Positions 26,251-36,425 of a stretch of 58,929 bases of DNA are shown piece after piece. The notes beneath the pieces were generated by a model. It made no database searches and was not told where the DNA came from. It was given only the letters and a program-made list of their open reading frames with translations. The stretch comes from a bacterium (GTDB lineage: Bacteria; UBA6262; WVXT01). Both the position numbers and the translations under genes were made by a program. Position 1 is the first letter of the stretch. The number at the start of each line of letters is the position of its first letter. The stretch spans positions 1 through 58,929 of the forward strand of contig JBHIBS010000004.1 in assembly GCA_046759165.1 (NCBI GenBank), read 5' to 3'.

Positions 26251-26783
26251 GAAAATTCTATATTTGTTCTATTATTTTAATTCTTTTCTTAAATAGTTGT
26301 TACCCGCGGGTTAAAAGAAGGTTACCTCCTCCCGTTCCTGAGTATCGTGTTGATGAAGAGGCACAGAAGAAGATAAATGAATATCTTATTGAGGTGGAAG
26401 AAATTTGCCAGAATAGCGAAAGCCTGGATGTTGTCGGACAATCTACAATGACGCAATCGGCAAGGCTAATCAACTTAGGTAAGGCAGCTTCACCAATGTT
26501 GGTTGGTGTGGTTCAGGATAAGACTAAACATTGGAAATTTAGGTATTGGGCTTGTGAACTGCTTGGCTATATTGAGGATGAGAGAAACATCCTTCCACTC
26601 ATTGCAGTAATTGAAGACCCTGCTGAACAGGAGAAGATAAGGTTTTGCGCTCTTCAGGCTATAGGTGAAATGGCTAATCCAGAAACTATTGAATATTTGG
26701 AAGTAGCAAAACAGATTGTACAAAGTGGTACTTTGAGGGAGGAAATAACAAAGATTATAGAAAAATTGGGAAAAAGAAGGTAA
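26247..26783 (+). CDS. HEAT-repeat lipoprotein
   Basis: Lipobox LNSC; helical repeats RYWACELLGYI and RFCALQAIGEM. Confidence 0.75.
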   Translation: MRKFYICSIILILFLNSCYPRVKRRLPPPVPEYRVDEEAQKKINEYLIEVEEICQNSESLDVVGQSTMTQSARLINLGKAASPMLVGVVQDKTKHWKFRYWACELLGYIEDERNILPLIAVIEDPAEQEKIRFCALQAIGEMANPETIEYLEVAKQIVQSGTLREEITKIIEKLGKRR

Positions 26784-26801
26784 AATTTGGGGACAAATAA
26801 A

Positions 26802-27200
26802 TTACTTCATTTCCTTTGATTTAAGTTCTGGTTCGATTACTTTTTCCTGGGATTTGCTCATTGCACAATTTCCTTCAAAGACGGCCCCTTCAGCTATATA
26901 GAGTTGTGGTGCGTTGATATCTCCTTTAACCTGGGAGTGGGGGAGCATCTCAATGCTGGCGGAAGCAATGATATTTCCATCAATTTTCCCTCCCACAACT
27001 ACAGTTTGAGCATTTATATCTCCCTTCACTTTTCCATCTGCGCCTACAACAATTGCCTCAGCATTTGCCACTCCGCCATCAACACTACCATCAATTCTGA
27101 CGGTGCCCTTGCTGGAGATTGTTCCTTTGATTTCTGAATCCGGGCCGACCAGGGTATCTACTTTACCGACTTTTCCCACTTCCTCTTTCTTGCCAAACAT
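26802..27200 (-). CDS. bactofilin (polymer-forming cytoskeletal protein)
   Basis: TLVGPDSEIKGTI...VRIDG...IAEGAVFEGNC beta-helix; start at MFGKK after GGAGG. Confidence 0.92.
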   Translation of the reverse strand: MFGKKEEVGKVGKVDTLVGPDSEIKGTISSKGTVRIDGSVDGGVANAEAIVVGADGKVKGDINAQTVVVGGKIDGNIIASASIEMLPHSQVKGDINAPQLYIAEGAVFEGNCAMSKSQEKVIEPELKSKEMK

Positions 27201-27303
27201 GCTTCTGCCTCCCAAGAGAAATTAACATTTCTGGCACCCTAAAGAGTGTTTCACCTGCAGTAGGACTATTTGCTGAAGATAAGAATCTTACGCATTCATT
27301 CAA

Positions 27304-28236
27304 TTAGCGGCTTGCAAAAATTGGCTTGCTTTTTACATAGAGGAGGGGATTTACAGGTTTACCTTTGTACCAAACTTCGTAATGGAGATGGGGCGCAGTG
27401 ACTATCCCTGTGCTACCCACGAGAGCTATGATCTGTCCTCGCTTGACTTTTTCTCTAGGCTTCACCAGTATGGTTGAGTTATGAGAATAACGTGTAGAGA
27501 ATCCGTGTCCGTGGTCAATCATTACACTCCTGCCAAAGGTCCCTTGCCAGCCAGCCAGCACGACTCTCCCATCAGCAGTTGCTCGCACAGGGGTCCCCTT
27601 TAAATTCGCAATATCAATTGCGTGATGGAATTCTCTTTTCGCGGTCAAAGGATGGCGTCGCCAACCATAACCAGAAGTAACTCGACCAAAAATCGGCCAT
27701 ATAGCTGGGGTAGCCAGTAACAGACTCCTCTCATAGGTGAGGAAGTCGCTTATTTCGTGGAAGCTCTGTTTTCTTTCCCAGGCTTCCCTCTTCAGTTCCT
27801 TAACGTTCATTTGGAATAGTTCTTTGCTGAGGCCATTTTCATTCTGCAAGACTGATGCAATGCTAAGCTGATCATCAATCGAAGGTCCACCTATTGCACC
27901 AAGTTCGATTATGTCTTTGGGATTCTTCATATGTAGCAGCCCTCTGAGTTGCGTGTCCATCTCCCTCAATTCACAGAGGAGGTCCCTGTCTTTTGCCAGG
28001 GACTTTGCGAAGTATTCTGCTTTCTCTCGAAGGACCCTGTTAGCTCTGGCAGTTTCCCTGTAGTCTATTTCTCGGTTTATAATGAAGACCGACCAAGTTA
28101 CTGAGGATATCCATAGAATTAGAACAGAAAAAATAAGACCTACTGAGATGCTAGTTCGTAATGGGCGGGACTTATCATGAGGAATTAACAAAACGGTCAA
28201 TCTTCTTGCGAACCACTTGCGGATTCCTTTTCTCAT
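27304..28236 (-). CDS. M23-family metallopeptidase with N-terminal TM and coiled coil
   Basis: HHAIDIA, ATADG, YSH, PHLHYEV; classic pairing with bactofilin. Confidence 0.92.
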   Translation of the reverse strand: MRKGIRKWFARRLTVLLIPHDKSRPLRTSISVGLIFSVLILWISSVTWSVFIINREIDYRETARANRVLREKAEYFAKSLAKDRDLLCELREMDTQLRGLLHMKNPKDIIELGAIGGPSIDDQLSIASVLQNENGLSKELFQMNVKELKREAWERKQSFHEISDFLTYERSLLLATPAIWPIFGRVTSGYGWRRHPLTAKREFHHAIDIANLKGTPVRATADGRVVLAGWQGTFGRSVMIDHGHGFSTRYSHNSTILVKPREKVKRGQIIALVGSTGIVTAPHLHYEVWYKGKPVNPLLYVKSKPIFASR

Positions 28237-28507
28237 TGCCTGCCCTCCCTCATTTTTATATCTTTTAGTTAGGATACAAGAATGTTAACTATATTGTCAA
28301 GTATTTTTTATTGGCGTCCGAAAAATAAGATTCTTAGTGGCTTCGGTCTATTCAAGCTTATATTATTATATCACAAATTTTGTTAGAGTGGTATTAAAAA
28401 ATGTTAAATTTTCACTAACTTCCAAAAATAGCCCATTTTTAAATGGTGAAAAGAGAGGTAGACATATATGAGATATCGAAATCCCGCGACAAGTTATGAG
28501 ATTTTCC

Positions 28508-28523
28508 CTCTTTCCAGTCGCTC
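28508..28523 (-). repeat. fragment of an RPE-like repeat
   Basis: Reverse complement GAGCGACTGGAAAGAG is identical to 52572-87. Confidence 0.6.
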
Positions 28524-28632
28524 CCAAGGACATGATTGTAACGAAGAGCTTCGGCTTGTTTCCATAGCTTATGCTTTAGTAGAGGTAAAAGATTCCCGAA
28601 AGTTCTTCAGACTAAGCGAATTCAGTTTTTGT

Positions 28633-28661
28633 TTGCATTTCATTTGTAAATGTGGTAAAAT
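28633..28661 (+). promoter_or_regulatory. sigma70-type promoter of valS
   Basis: TTGCAT-17 nt-TAAAAT with TGn extension. Confidence 0.55.
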
Positions 28662-28707
28662 TAAAATAAAATAAAAAATTTAACTAACTTGTTCCAGGGG
28701 CCTTAAA

Positions 28708-31422
28708 GTGGATATTCCGACAAGGTATAACCCAAAGGTTACAGAGAAGAGATGGTATGATTTCTGGCTGCAGAGGAAATATTTTCACAGCGAACCCAGG
28801 CCCGATATGAGGCCTTATACTATAGTCATTCCACCTCCGAATATCACCGGCTCCCTCCATATGGGACATGCCTTGAATAATATTTTGCAGGACATTCTAA
28901 TTCGACTGAAGCGAATGCAGGGTTATAATGCACTCTGGCTGCCTGGAACAGACCATGGAGGAATTGCCACTCAGAATGTGGTGGAGAAGGAGCTTCTCTC
29001 CAAAGGATTGACCAGAGAGGAGTTGGGTAGAGAGAAATTCCTGGAAAAACTCTGGGAATGGCGCAACGAAGTGGGGGACACGATTCTTGAACAGTTGAAA
29101 AGGCTGGGCTGTTCTTGTGACTGGGAGCGCACTCGGTTCACTATGGATAGTGTCTGTGAAAGGGCGGTCTTGGAGGCTTTTGTTTACCTCTATCGAAAGG
29201 GGTTGATATATAGGGGGGAGTACATTGTCAACTGGTGTCCCAGGTGCCAGACTGCTCTTTCAGATATCGAAGTGGAGCATGAGGAGATTAGGGGCAAGTT
29301 ATGGTATATAAAGTATCCACTGAAAAGTTCAAAAGTCGCTGCTTTTGTTGTGGTCGCTACAACGCGACCTGAAACTATGTTGGGGGATACAGCAGTTGCT
29401 GTTCACCCGAAGGATAAGAGATATAGGAAGTTAATTGGAAACGAAGTTATATTGCCAATTATGGACCGCTCTATTCCCATCATTGCTGATGGATTTGTAG
29501 ATTCTGCCTTTGGTAGTGGTGCGGTCAAGGTGACCCCTGCACACGACCCGAATGATTTTAGAATAGCCCAGAGACATAGCCTACCAAGTGTCAAGGTTAT
29601 TAATGAACAGGCCAGGATGACCGAGGCTTCTGGAAAGTATCAAGGAAAAGATAGGTTCAACTGTCGCAGAGAGTTGGTAGAGGAGCTGAAGGAGAAAGGG
29701 TATCTAGAAAAGGTCGAAGATTACAACTACTCGATTGGCCACTGCTACCGCTGCCAGACTATTCTCGAACCACTCGTATCCGAACAGTGGTATCTGAAGA
29801 CAGGGGAGATGGCAAAAAGAGCAATTGAAGTTGCCAGACAGAAGAGAGTGCGTCTCATTCTCGAAAGCTGGACTAAACCATATTTGAATTGGCTTGAAGA
29901 ACTGCATGATTGGTGTATTAGCCGTCAGATCTGGTGGGGGCACAGGATTCCTGTATGGCATTGCCAAAAGGGTTGTCCACCTATTGCAGCGAGAGAAAGA
30001 CCGGAAAGATGTCCAGAGTGTGGCAGTAACAATCTTATCCAAGACCCCGATGTATTGGATACTTGGTTCTCCTCGGCTCTCTGGCCCTTTTCCACTTTTG
30101 GTTGGCCAAAAGGAGAAGGCATAGCTTCCAGTAAATCGAAAAGTGGGCAGGTAATTGATGACCTTGACTACTACTATCCTACTTCCGTTTTGGTCACGGG
30201 ATACGAGATTCTCTATCTCTGGGTGGCCAGAATGGTTATGATGGGACTGACATTAATGGATGATATCCCGTTTTCTGATGTATTCATTCATGGCATAGTG
30301 CGAGACGCCAAAGGAAGGAAGATGAGTAAGTCTATGGGGAACGTTATCGACCCGTTAGAAGCTATTGAGAAATATGGAACCGATGCCCTGAGGTTTGCTA
30401 TGGCTTCTGGTGGGGTAATGGGAAGGGACGTTCAGCTCTCTGAAGGAAATTTTAGGGAGGGAAGGAATTTTGCTAACAAGATATGGAATGCTTCGCGCCT
30501 CGTGCTTATGAATCTGGAAGACTTTAAATTATCTCCCGGCACTCAAGCCACAAGTGCCTCTATTAGAGAAAAGCTTACTTTACCCGATAGATGGATTTTG
30601 GACCAGTATAATCGGGCGATAGAAGAGGTCACGATTGTCTTTGAGCAGTATGATATAAGTAGGGCAGCGAGGCTTCTCTACGAATTTATCTGGAGTAAGT
30701 TCTGTGACTGGTACTTGGAACTGGCCAAGATGAGACTTTATGGCCAGGAACCGAGCGAGCGAGAAGTGGCTCAATTTGTGCTCATTTACGTGGTTGAGGG
30801 AACTTTAAAATTGCTCCATCCGATAATGCCATTTATTACAGAAGAGATATGGCACCTCTTAAATAGCATCTCTCCGGCGGGCAGAGAGGAATCGATAATG
30901 ATTGCTTCCTGGCCTCTTCCCAGAAGAGAGGAGAGAGATGAGGATGCCGTAGAGAACATGGAACTGGTTATGGATATAATCTCTCAGGTGAGGAATGTTA
31001 GGAGCGTAATGACAATCCCACACGATAAGATGGTGGAAGTGTTGATTAAACCATCTAAAAGAAAACAAAAGCTACTCTTGGATGAACATATCCCCTATAT
31101 TAAGAGTTTAGCAAAGTGTAAGGAAGTTATAGTGGATATAAGTCTTAAGAAACCAGAAGACTGCGCCGCTTCGGTTGTTGGCGATGTAGAAATCTATATT
31201 CCTCTAAAGGGTATGATTGACATTTCTAAGGAAGTGGAGAGGTTGGGTAAGGAAATCGAGAAGATAGAACTTGAACTGGACAGAATCAACAGGAAATTGA
31301 GAAACAGCGAGTTTCTGAAGAAGGCCCCACCTACGGTTGTGGAGAAAGTAAAGAAACAGAAAGAAGAATACGAAGTTACAAGAGATAAGTTACGAAGAAA
31401 CTTAAAGCTAATTAAGGAGTAA
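28708..31422 (+). CDS. valS: valine--tRNA ligase
   Basis: [32 protein letters not shown]-terminal coiled coil. Confidence 0.98.
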   Translation: MDIPTRYNPKVTEKRWYDFWLQRKYFHSEPRPDMRPYTIVIPPPNITGSLHMGHALNNILQDILIRLKRMQGYNALWLPGTDHGGIATQNVVEKELLSKGLTREELGREKFLEKLWEWRNEVGDTILEQLKRLGCSCDWERTRFTMDSVCERAVLEAFVYLYRKGLIYRGEYIVNWCPRCQTALSDIEVEHEEIRGKLWYIKYPLKSSKVAAFVVVATTRPETMLGDTAVAVHPKDKRYRKLIGNEVILPIMDRSIPIIADGFVDSAFGSGAVKVTPAHDPNDFRIAQRHSLPSVKVINEQARMTEASGKYQGKDRFNCRRELVEELKEKGYLEKVEDYNYSIGHCYRCQTILEPLVSEQWYLKTGEMAKRAIEVARQKRVRLILESWTKPYLNWLEELHDWCISRQIWWGHRIPVWHCQKGCPPIAARERPERCPECGSNNLIQDPDVLDTWFSSALWPFSTFGWPKGEGIASSKSKSGQVIDDLDYYYPTSVLVTGYEILYLWVARMVMMGLTLMDDIPFSDVFIHGIVRDAKGRKMSKSMGNVIDPLEAIEKYGTDALRFAMASGGVMGRDVQLSEGNFREGRNFANKIWNASRLVLMNLEDFKLSPGTQATSASIREKLTLPDRWILDQYNRAIEEVTIVFEQYDISRAARLLYEFIWSKFCDWYLELAKMRLYGQEPSEREVAQFVLIYVVEGTLKLLHPIMPFITEEIWHLLNSISPAGREESIMIASWPLPRREERDEDAVENMELVMDIISQVRNVRSVMTIPHDKMVEVLIKPSKRKQKLLLDEHIPYIKSLAKCKEVIVDISLKKPEDCAASVVGDVEIYIPLKGMIDISKEVERLGKEIEKIELELDRINRKLRNSEFLKKAPPTVVEKVKKQKEEYEVTRDKLRRNLKLIKE

Positions 31423-31427
31423 AATCG

Positions 31428-32144
31428 ATGCGTGAGGATGGAAGGCAGAACTATAAGATTCGTCCAGTAAAGATAATTCGGAACTACCTTAAGTATGCTG
31501 AAGGGTCTGCTCTGGTGGAAGCAGGTGGAACAAAGGTAATCTGTAGCGCTTCTGTAGAGCAGAAAGTTCCTCCGCACCTGCACGATAGCGGCACTGGTTG
31601 GGTAACTGCTGAATATGCGATGTTGCCCAGAGCAACAGACAGACGCTCAGAAAGGGAGAGGTTCAGGTTGTCCGGACGCACCCAGGAGATTCAGAGGCTT
31701 ATAGGTCGTTCCCTTCGCGCTGTTGTCGATTTAAAATTGCTTGAAGATAGGACAATAATTATTGATTGCGATGTGTTGCAAGCCGATGGTGGCACGCGGA
31801 CAGCTGCCATAACAGGAGGCTTCGTTGCTCTGGTCGATGCGATACGAAAGTTGAAAAGGGATAAGAAGATCGCTTCCTTTCCAGTAAAAGACTACCTGGC
31901 TGCCACAAGCGTGGGGATTGTGAAAGGGCAGATGCTTTTAGATTTAACTTTTCAGGAAGACAATTTTGCCGAAGTCGATATGAATGTGGTTATGACCGGG
32001 AGTGGAGAACTCGTGGAAGTTCAGGCTACTGGTGAAGAGGCGACCTTTCCTGAAAAGAAATTACTGGAGATGCTGGGGCTTGCCAGTAGAGGTATTGCCG
32101 AATTGATAGTAGTGGAAAAGGAAATTCTGGGAGATTTAAAATAG
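31428..32144 (+). CDS. rph: ribonuclease PH
   Basis: [47 protein letters not shown]. Confidence 0.97.
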   Translation: MREDGRQNYKIRPVKIIRNYLKYAEGSALVEAGGTKVICSASVEQKVPPHLHDSGTGWVTAEYAMLPRATDRRSERERFRLSGRTQEIQRLIGRSLRAVVDLKLLEDRTIIIDCDVLQADGGTRTAAITGGFVALVDAIRKLKRDKKIASFPVKDYLAATSVGIVKGQMLLDLTFQEDNFAEVDMNVVMTGSGELVEVQATGEEATFPEKKLLEMLGLASRGIAELIVVEKEILGDLK

Positions 32145-32155
32145 TCAGGGATAGC

Positions 32156-32752
32156 ATGTTAGAAATCGTGCTTGCTACTCGAAATCGCGACAAGATCAGA
32201 GAGATTAAGAAGATACTCCATGGTATCAATGCCAGGTTCCTATCCCTGGACGATTTTTCAGGTTGCCCTGAGGTGGTGGAGGATGGAGAGACTCTGGAAG
32301 CAAATGCCAAGAAGAAAGCACTTGTAGTTTCACAGGATACGAAGAAGGTCTCTCTGGCTGAAGATAGCGGTCTGGAAGTAGAGGCTTTGGGAGGGGCTCC
32401 GGGAATACGTTCAGCGCGGTTTGCTGGCGATAACGTCACCCATGAGGATAATAACAGGAAACTGCTGAATCTTATGGAGAAACTCCCTTTGGAAGAGAGA
32501 AGAGCAAAGTTCAGATGTGTAGCTGCTTTAGGCAAGCCGGACGGTGGAGTGGTAACTTGTGAGGGGGTATGTGAAGGGATAATTGCTTTTGAGATGAAGG
32601 GAGAGAGTGGTTTTGGCTACGACCCCCTGTTTCTTCTGCCATCATACGGAAAGACCTTTGCAGAGCTTGGACAGGAGGTAAAGAACAGGATAAGTCATCG
32701 AGCTCAGGCTCTGGGCAAGATTAAAGAAATAATTGATAACTGGATAGTTTAA
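32156..32752 (+). CDS. rdgB: non-canonical purine NTP pyrophosphatase (RdgB/HAM1)
   Basis: LATRNRDK, EDSGL, GAPGIRSAR, GFGYDP, KNRISHR. Confidence 0.95.
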   Translation: MLEIVLATRNRDKIREIKKILHGINARFLSLDDFSGCPEVVEDGETLEANAKKKALVVSQDTKKVSLAEDSGLEVEALGGAPGIRSARFAGDNVTHEDNNRKLLNLMEKLPLEERRAKFRCVAALGKPDGGVVTCEGVCEGIIAFEMKGESGFGYDPLFLLPSYGKTFAELGQEVKNRISHRAQALGKIKEIIDNWIV

Positions 32753-32828
32753 CTCAAGTTTTATCTGCCATCAGAAATCTATATCATTGACAGGATATGA
32801 GAATAGGTGATTAGATAAATTTTTTGGC

Positions 32829-32906
32829 CGGGGCGTAGCTCAGTTGGTTAAGAGCGCATGGTTTGGGACCATGAGGTCGCTGGTTCGAGTCCAGTCGCCC
32901 CGACCA
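32829..32906 (+). tRNA. tRNA-Pro (TGG)
   Basis: Acceptor CGGGGCG/CGCCCCG, anticodon arm CATGG-TTTGGGA-CCATG, GGTTCGAGTCC, encoded CCA. Confidence 0.96.
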
Positions 32907-33008
32907 TTAAAAATAGGGACAATCCCAGTTATTATATAGTCAGCCAGCGGAATAAAAGCCTTTTAGATTTTGAGAGAAGTTTTACAATTTAGGACTGGAA
33001 AAGGGAAT

Positions 33009-34139
33009 ATGAAAATCGCATATGTATCAACCTATCTTCCTAAGCAGTGTGGGATAGCTACCTATACCGATTACCTCATCCATGGGATAAGAAAGGTAGA
33101 TCCTACATCAGAGATTAAGGTTGTAGCTGAGGAAGGAGCGTCTCTTATAAAGAGAGAAAAATTTGAGGTCGTTTCCTGCTGGGATAGAAACGAGGACTAT
33201 GTAGACCCCATTATCAGACATACAAATGGTAGAGATGTTGTCCATATTCAACATGAGTACAGTATATACAAATTTGATGATAGATTACCCATCCTACTAA
33301 AGGAATTAGATGGGACTGCTAAAAGGGTCATAACTATCCACTGTGTAAGACCAAGCCAATTTTCTGAAAGAGGGGCATTGGATGAGAATTTTGTCAAAAG
33401 AATTGCCGGGTTTGCTGATCAGGTCATCGTTCATCTTCCTTCCCAAGCATCGATACTGACTCGATTGGAAATACCATCAGAAAAGATTCACGTTATTCCA
33501 CATGGAACAGAGCTCAGTGATGAAAATAAGAAGGATTCCCGGAGAAGGCTAAAGCTTCCTGAGGATGGTAAGATAATCCTCATGTTTGGCTTTGTTAAAC
33601 GCCATAAGTGTCTCCATATACTCCTGGAAGCACTTGCCGAAATGCTTACGAAAGTTGAAGATGCATATCTATTTGTTGCCGGAGGTCTTGCTCCTACCGC
33701 TAAAAAGGAAGATAAGGATTATATCGAAGATATTAATAAGAGGATAGAAGAACTTGGTCTTCGGAGGAACGTTATATTCCCGAATAGATTTTTCCCCAAT
33801 AGCGAAGTGCCCTATTTGTTTGGTGCGTGTGATGTCGTTCTTTTCCCCTATTATGAAGAGGACCGATCTGCATCCGGTTCTCTTCATCTTGCGATAGGTG
33901 CGAAAAAGCCTGTTATTGCATCAAGAATACCCAAGTTTGAGGAACTGAGGAATATTTGTGATGAACTGCTCGTTCTTCCATATAACTCTTCTGGAATTGC
34001 AAGGGTAGCTATTCGTCTTTTTGAAGACCCAGAATTTGGAGAATATGTGCTTAAGCGAACAGATGAGTATCGGAATCTTACTTCTTGGGAGGCCGTAGCA
34101 AGGCAACACTTAGAATTGTATAGAAGAACCCTGAAATGA
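33009..34139 (+). CDS. GT4-family glycosyltransferase
   Basis: STYLPKQCGIATYT, VHIQHEY, VIPHG, FGFVKRHK, PYY..SASGSL. Confidence 0.9.
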   Translation: MKIAYVSTYLPKQCGIATYTDYLIHGIRKVDPTSEIKVVAEEGASLIKREKFEVVSCWDRNEDYVDPIIRHTNGRDVVHIQHEYSIYKFDDRLPILLKELDGTAKRVITIHCVRPSQFSERGALDENFVKRIAGFADQVIVHLPSQASILTRLEIPSEKIHVIPHGTELSDENKKDSRRRLKLPEDGKIILMFGFVKRHKCLHILLEALAEMLTKVEDAYLFVAGGLAPTAKKEDKDYIEDINKRIEELGLRRNVIFPNRFFPNSEVPYLFGACDVVLFPYYEEDRSASGSLHLAIGAKKPVIASRIPKFEELRNICDELLVLPYNSSGIARVAIRLFEDPEFGEYVLKRTDEYRNLTSWEAVARQHLELYRRTLK

Positions 34140-35197
34140 AAATAGCAATGCTCTCCAGGTGGAATACAGCTTGTGGTGTATCATTTCATGCTGAAATTGT
34201 TGGCAGAGAATGGGTAAAGAAGGGGCATGGCTTTACTGTCTTTGCACCTAACAATATAAGACCTATAGCGAGAGACGAAGAGTACGTAATTAGATGTTTT
34301 AGTGATGAAGGTGATCATACAGAGACATTTTTTCATACCGGACCTTTTTTGGATACCGATTACGAAATACTGGTTGTGGAACGATTAGAATGGATACCGT
34401 TAGGACCACTGAAAGAAATTTTCTCGAGAATTAGGAAAAAGGCAAAAATAGTTTATGTAGTGCAAGAAAGAAAGCTCCCCACGAATCCTTTATTTTATGA
34501 ATTTGAGTGGGATGCTATAGTCTGTTTTGATGATCGCTATAAGCAGCAATGGCTAAGAAGGTTTGATAAAAATAAGCTCCACGTGATTCCTTATCCTACA
34601 GGATACTTGCGCAAAGGAGATAAACGGAAAGCAAGAAAAGGATTCGATTTACCATTAAGCAAAAAAATAGTGTTTAGCTATGGATGGGCACCAGAATTGC
34701 ATATTTTCCCCATACTTCCTGTAATGCAAAGGTTAAATGAGACTTTTCCATTCATCTACCTTATCTTAGCTGAGCCAAAATTTATTGTCGTAGACATCAA
34801 AAGACTGAGAACCTATAAGTTCATAAAGTTAAGGCACGAACTTCCTCCTCTGGAGCGCATTTATACTTATCTTCATGCATCCGATATCTATCTTATGCAT
34901 AAGCAAAAAGATGAAATAAGAAAAGGTGAAGCTGTGATATCGAGCTCTATTCTGATGTGTCTGGGTGCTTTAACTCCAGTAGTGACCTCGGATACAGAAT
35001 TTAGCTCACTTTTTAATAGAGAGGTTATGAAGTATTCGAATAAAGACGAACTTTATAAGCTGCTGATTAGGATATTTGAACAGAACGAAGTTATTGCCGA
35101 GACTCTAACTTCGGCTGAAAAGTATGTAACTGAACACTCCCCAAAGAAGATTGCAGGAGAATTCATAAGGTTGTTTAATCAACTATTATGGCAGTGA
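34136..35197 (+). CDS. divergent GT-B-fold glycosyltransferase-like protein
   Basis: N-terminus SRWNTACGVSFHA parallels the GT4 motif; VIPYP, YLHASDIYL, PVVTSD; overlaps the upstream gene (ATGA). Confidence 0.7.
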   Translation: MKIAMLSRWNTACGVSFHAEIVGREWVKKGHGFTVFAPNNIRPIARDEEYVIRCFSDEGDHTETFFHTGPFLDTDYEILVVERLEWIPLGPLKEIFSRIRKKAKIVYVVQERKLPTNPLFYEFEWDAIVCFDDRYKQQWLRRFDKNKLHVIPYPTGYLRKGDKRKARKGFDLPLSKKIVFSYGWAPELHIFPILPVMQRLNETFPFIYLILAEPKFIVVDIKRLRTYKFIKLRHELPPLERIYTYLHASDIYLMHKQKDEIRKGEAVISSSILMCLGALTPVVTSDTEFSSLFNREVMKYSNKDELYKLLIRIFEQNEVIAETLTSAEKYVTEHSPKKIAGEFIRLFNQLLWQ

Positions 35198-36384
35198 GTA
35201 GGATGACGCCTTCTTTAAACCGCTTAATTAAGAATTTAGGTAACGGTAAAATCATTCAATTAGCATCAGGGGAATCCATTTTTAAGCTCGATTCCTATCC
35301 AGAAAATCCTATTTTGAAACCTCAAGATATTGGTCTCACCTGGGAGGTGGACGATAAATTACAGATAGGTGCAGTGTTTAACCCTGGAGCTGAAGTTTTT
35401 GAGGACAAAGTGATTCTTCTTCCAAGATGCCATAAAAATTATTCAACAATAGAATATTTCGATACCAAATTAAATAGGGAAAGATACCGACCTGACGAAA
35501 ACTATGTTTCAGAAATCTGGCCTTTAATTAGTGAGGATGGGACCAAATTTGAGAGGTATAAGAATGTAGTCATCCGAGGTGACGGCACAGATCATCAGGA
35601 TTTTATTTATGGGATAGAAGATATAAGAATTATCAAGTACAATCGGAAGTATTTGCTAATCGGCTGCGGTAAAATAAACCCCCCCTTTATGGGTGGAAAT
35701 ACTGATAGAGTGGCCATATATTCTACAGAAGATTTCACTATTATCACTTATCATGGAAAAATTGAGCCTTTTGATAGTCGGAATGCAATTCCCTTTTTAG
35801 TCAATGATAAATGGTATATGTTGTTGAGATTTTATCCTAACATTCATTTGGCTCTGCTTGAGGAAGGAATAGACCAACTATTAAATCCTTCCAAATACGT
35901 GAAGTATTGGGAAAAGATATACGAACAGCGAAATGAAAATCTACTTCTTGAAGCGGGGAAATACCCGCATGAAAAGGAAAAAATAGGGCCATCTAACCCT
36001 CTCATCAAGACGGATAGGGGATTATTGTTTATATACCATGCTGTAGGGAAAATAGGGTCACACATCTCGAGGGAATATGGAATTAGAGAACCAATTGAAA
36101 GGGGCTATTCCATATGTGCAGGCTTGATAGACTTGGAAGACCCTAAAAAGGTTCTCTCAAGAACCAAAAACCCAATCTTCATTCCATCAAAGCCCTATGA
36201 ACTCTATGGTAACAACCAATATCCGGTAGATGTGCCAGCAGTAGTCTTTCCAGTAGGTGGTATTGTAGCGAATGATAAGCTCCTCCTGTATTGTGGAGCT
36301 GGTGATAAATATATCACACTGTTAAGCTGTAGTATAAATAATCTGGTTAATTACTTGTTAGAAAATTGTAGGAGGTCCCAGTGA
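35188..36384 (+). CDS. GH130-like five-bladed beta-propeller glycosidase/phosphorylase
   Basis: ENPIL, AVFNPGA, GIEDIRI, KIGPSNPLIKTDRG..IYHAV, VVFPVG, YCGAGD. Confidence 0.82.
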   Translation: MAVSRMTPSLNRLIKNLGNGKIIQLASGESIFKLDSYPENPILKPQDIGLTWEVDDKLQIGAVFNPGAEVFEDKVILLPRCHKNYSTIEYFDTKLNRERYRPDENYVSEIWPLISEDGTKFERYKNVVIRGDGTDHQDFIYGIEDIRIIKYNRKYLLIGCGKINPPFMGGNTDRVAIYSTEDFTIITYHGKIEPFDSRNAIPFLVNDKWYMLLRFYPNIHLALLEEGIDQLLNPSKYVKYWEKIYEQRNENLLLEAGKYPHEKEKIGPSNPLIKTDRGLLFIYHAVGKIGSHISREYGIREPIERGYSICAGLIDLEDPKKVLSRTKNPIFIPSKPYELYGNNQYPVDVPAVVFPVGGIVANDKLLLYCGAGDKYITLLSCSINNLVNYLLENCRRSQ

Positions 36385-36394
36385 AGATTTTAAT

Positions 36395-36420
36395 GGACAG
36401 ACACGGCGGTCTGTCCCTAC
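36395..36420 (-). repeat. GTAG-family REP (GTAG-GGACAGACCGCCGTGTCTGTCC)
   Basis: GTAG plus an 8-bp perfect stem GGACAGAC/GTCTGTCC. Confidence 0.75.
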
Positions 36421-36425
36421 TGGAG

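Noticed and set aside
28237-28707. T-box leader for valS, or the 68-aa ORF 28468-28674
   Set aside because: No T-box consensus or terminator seen; a plausible promoter lies about 45 bp from the start; the ORF spans a repeat fragment.
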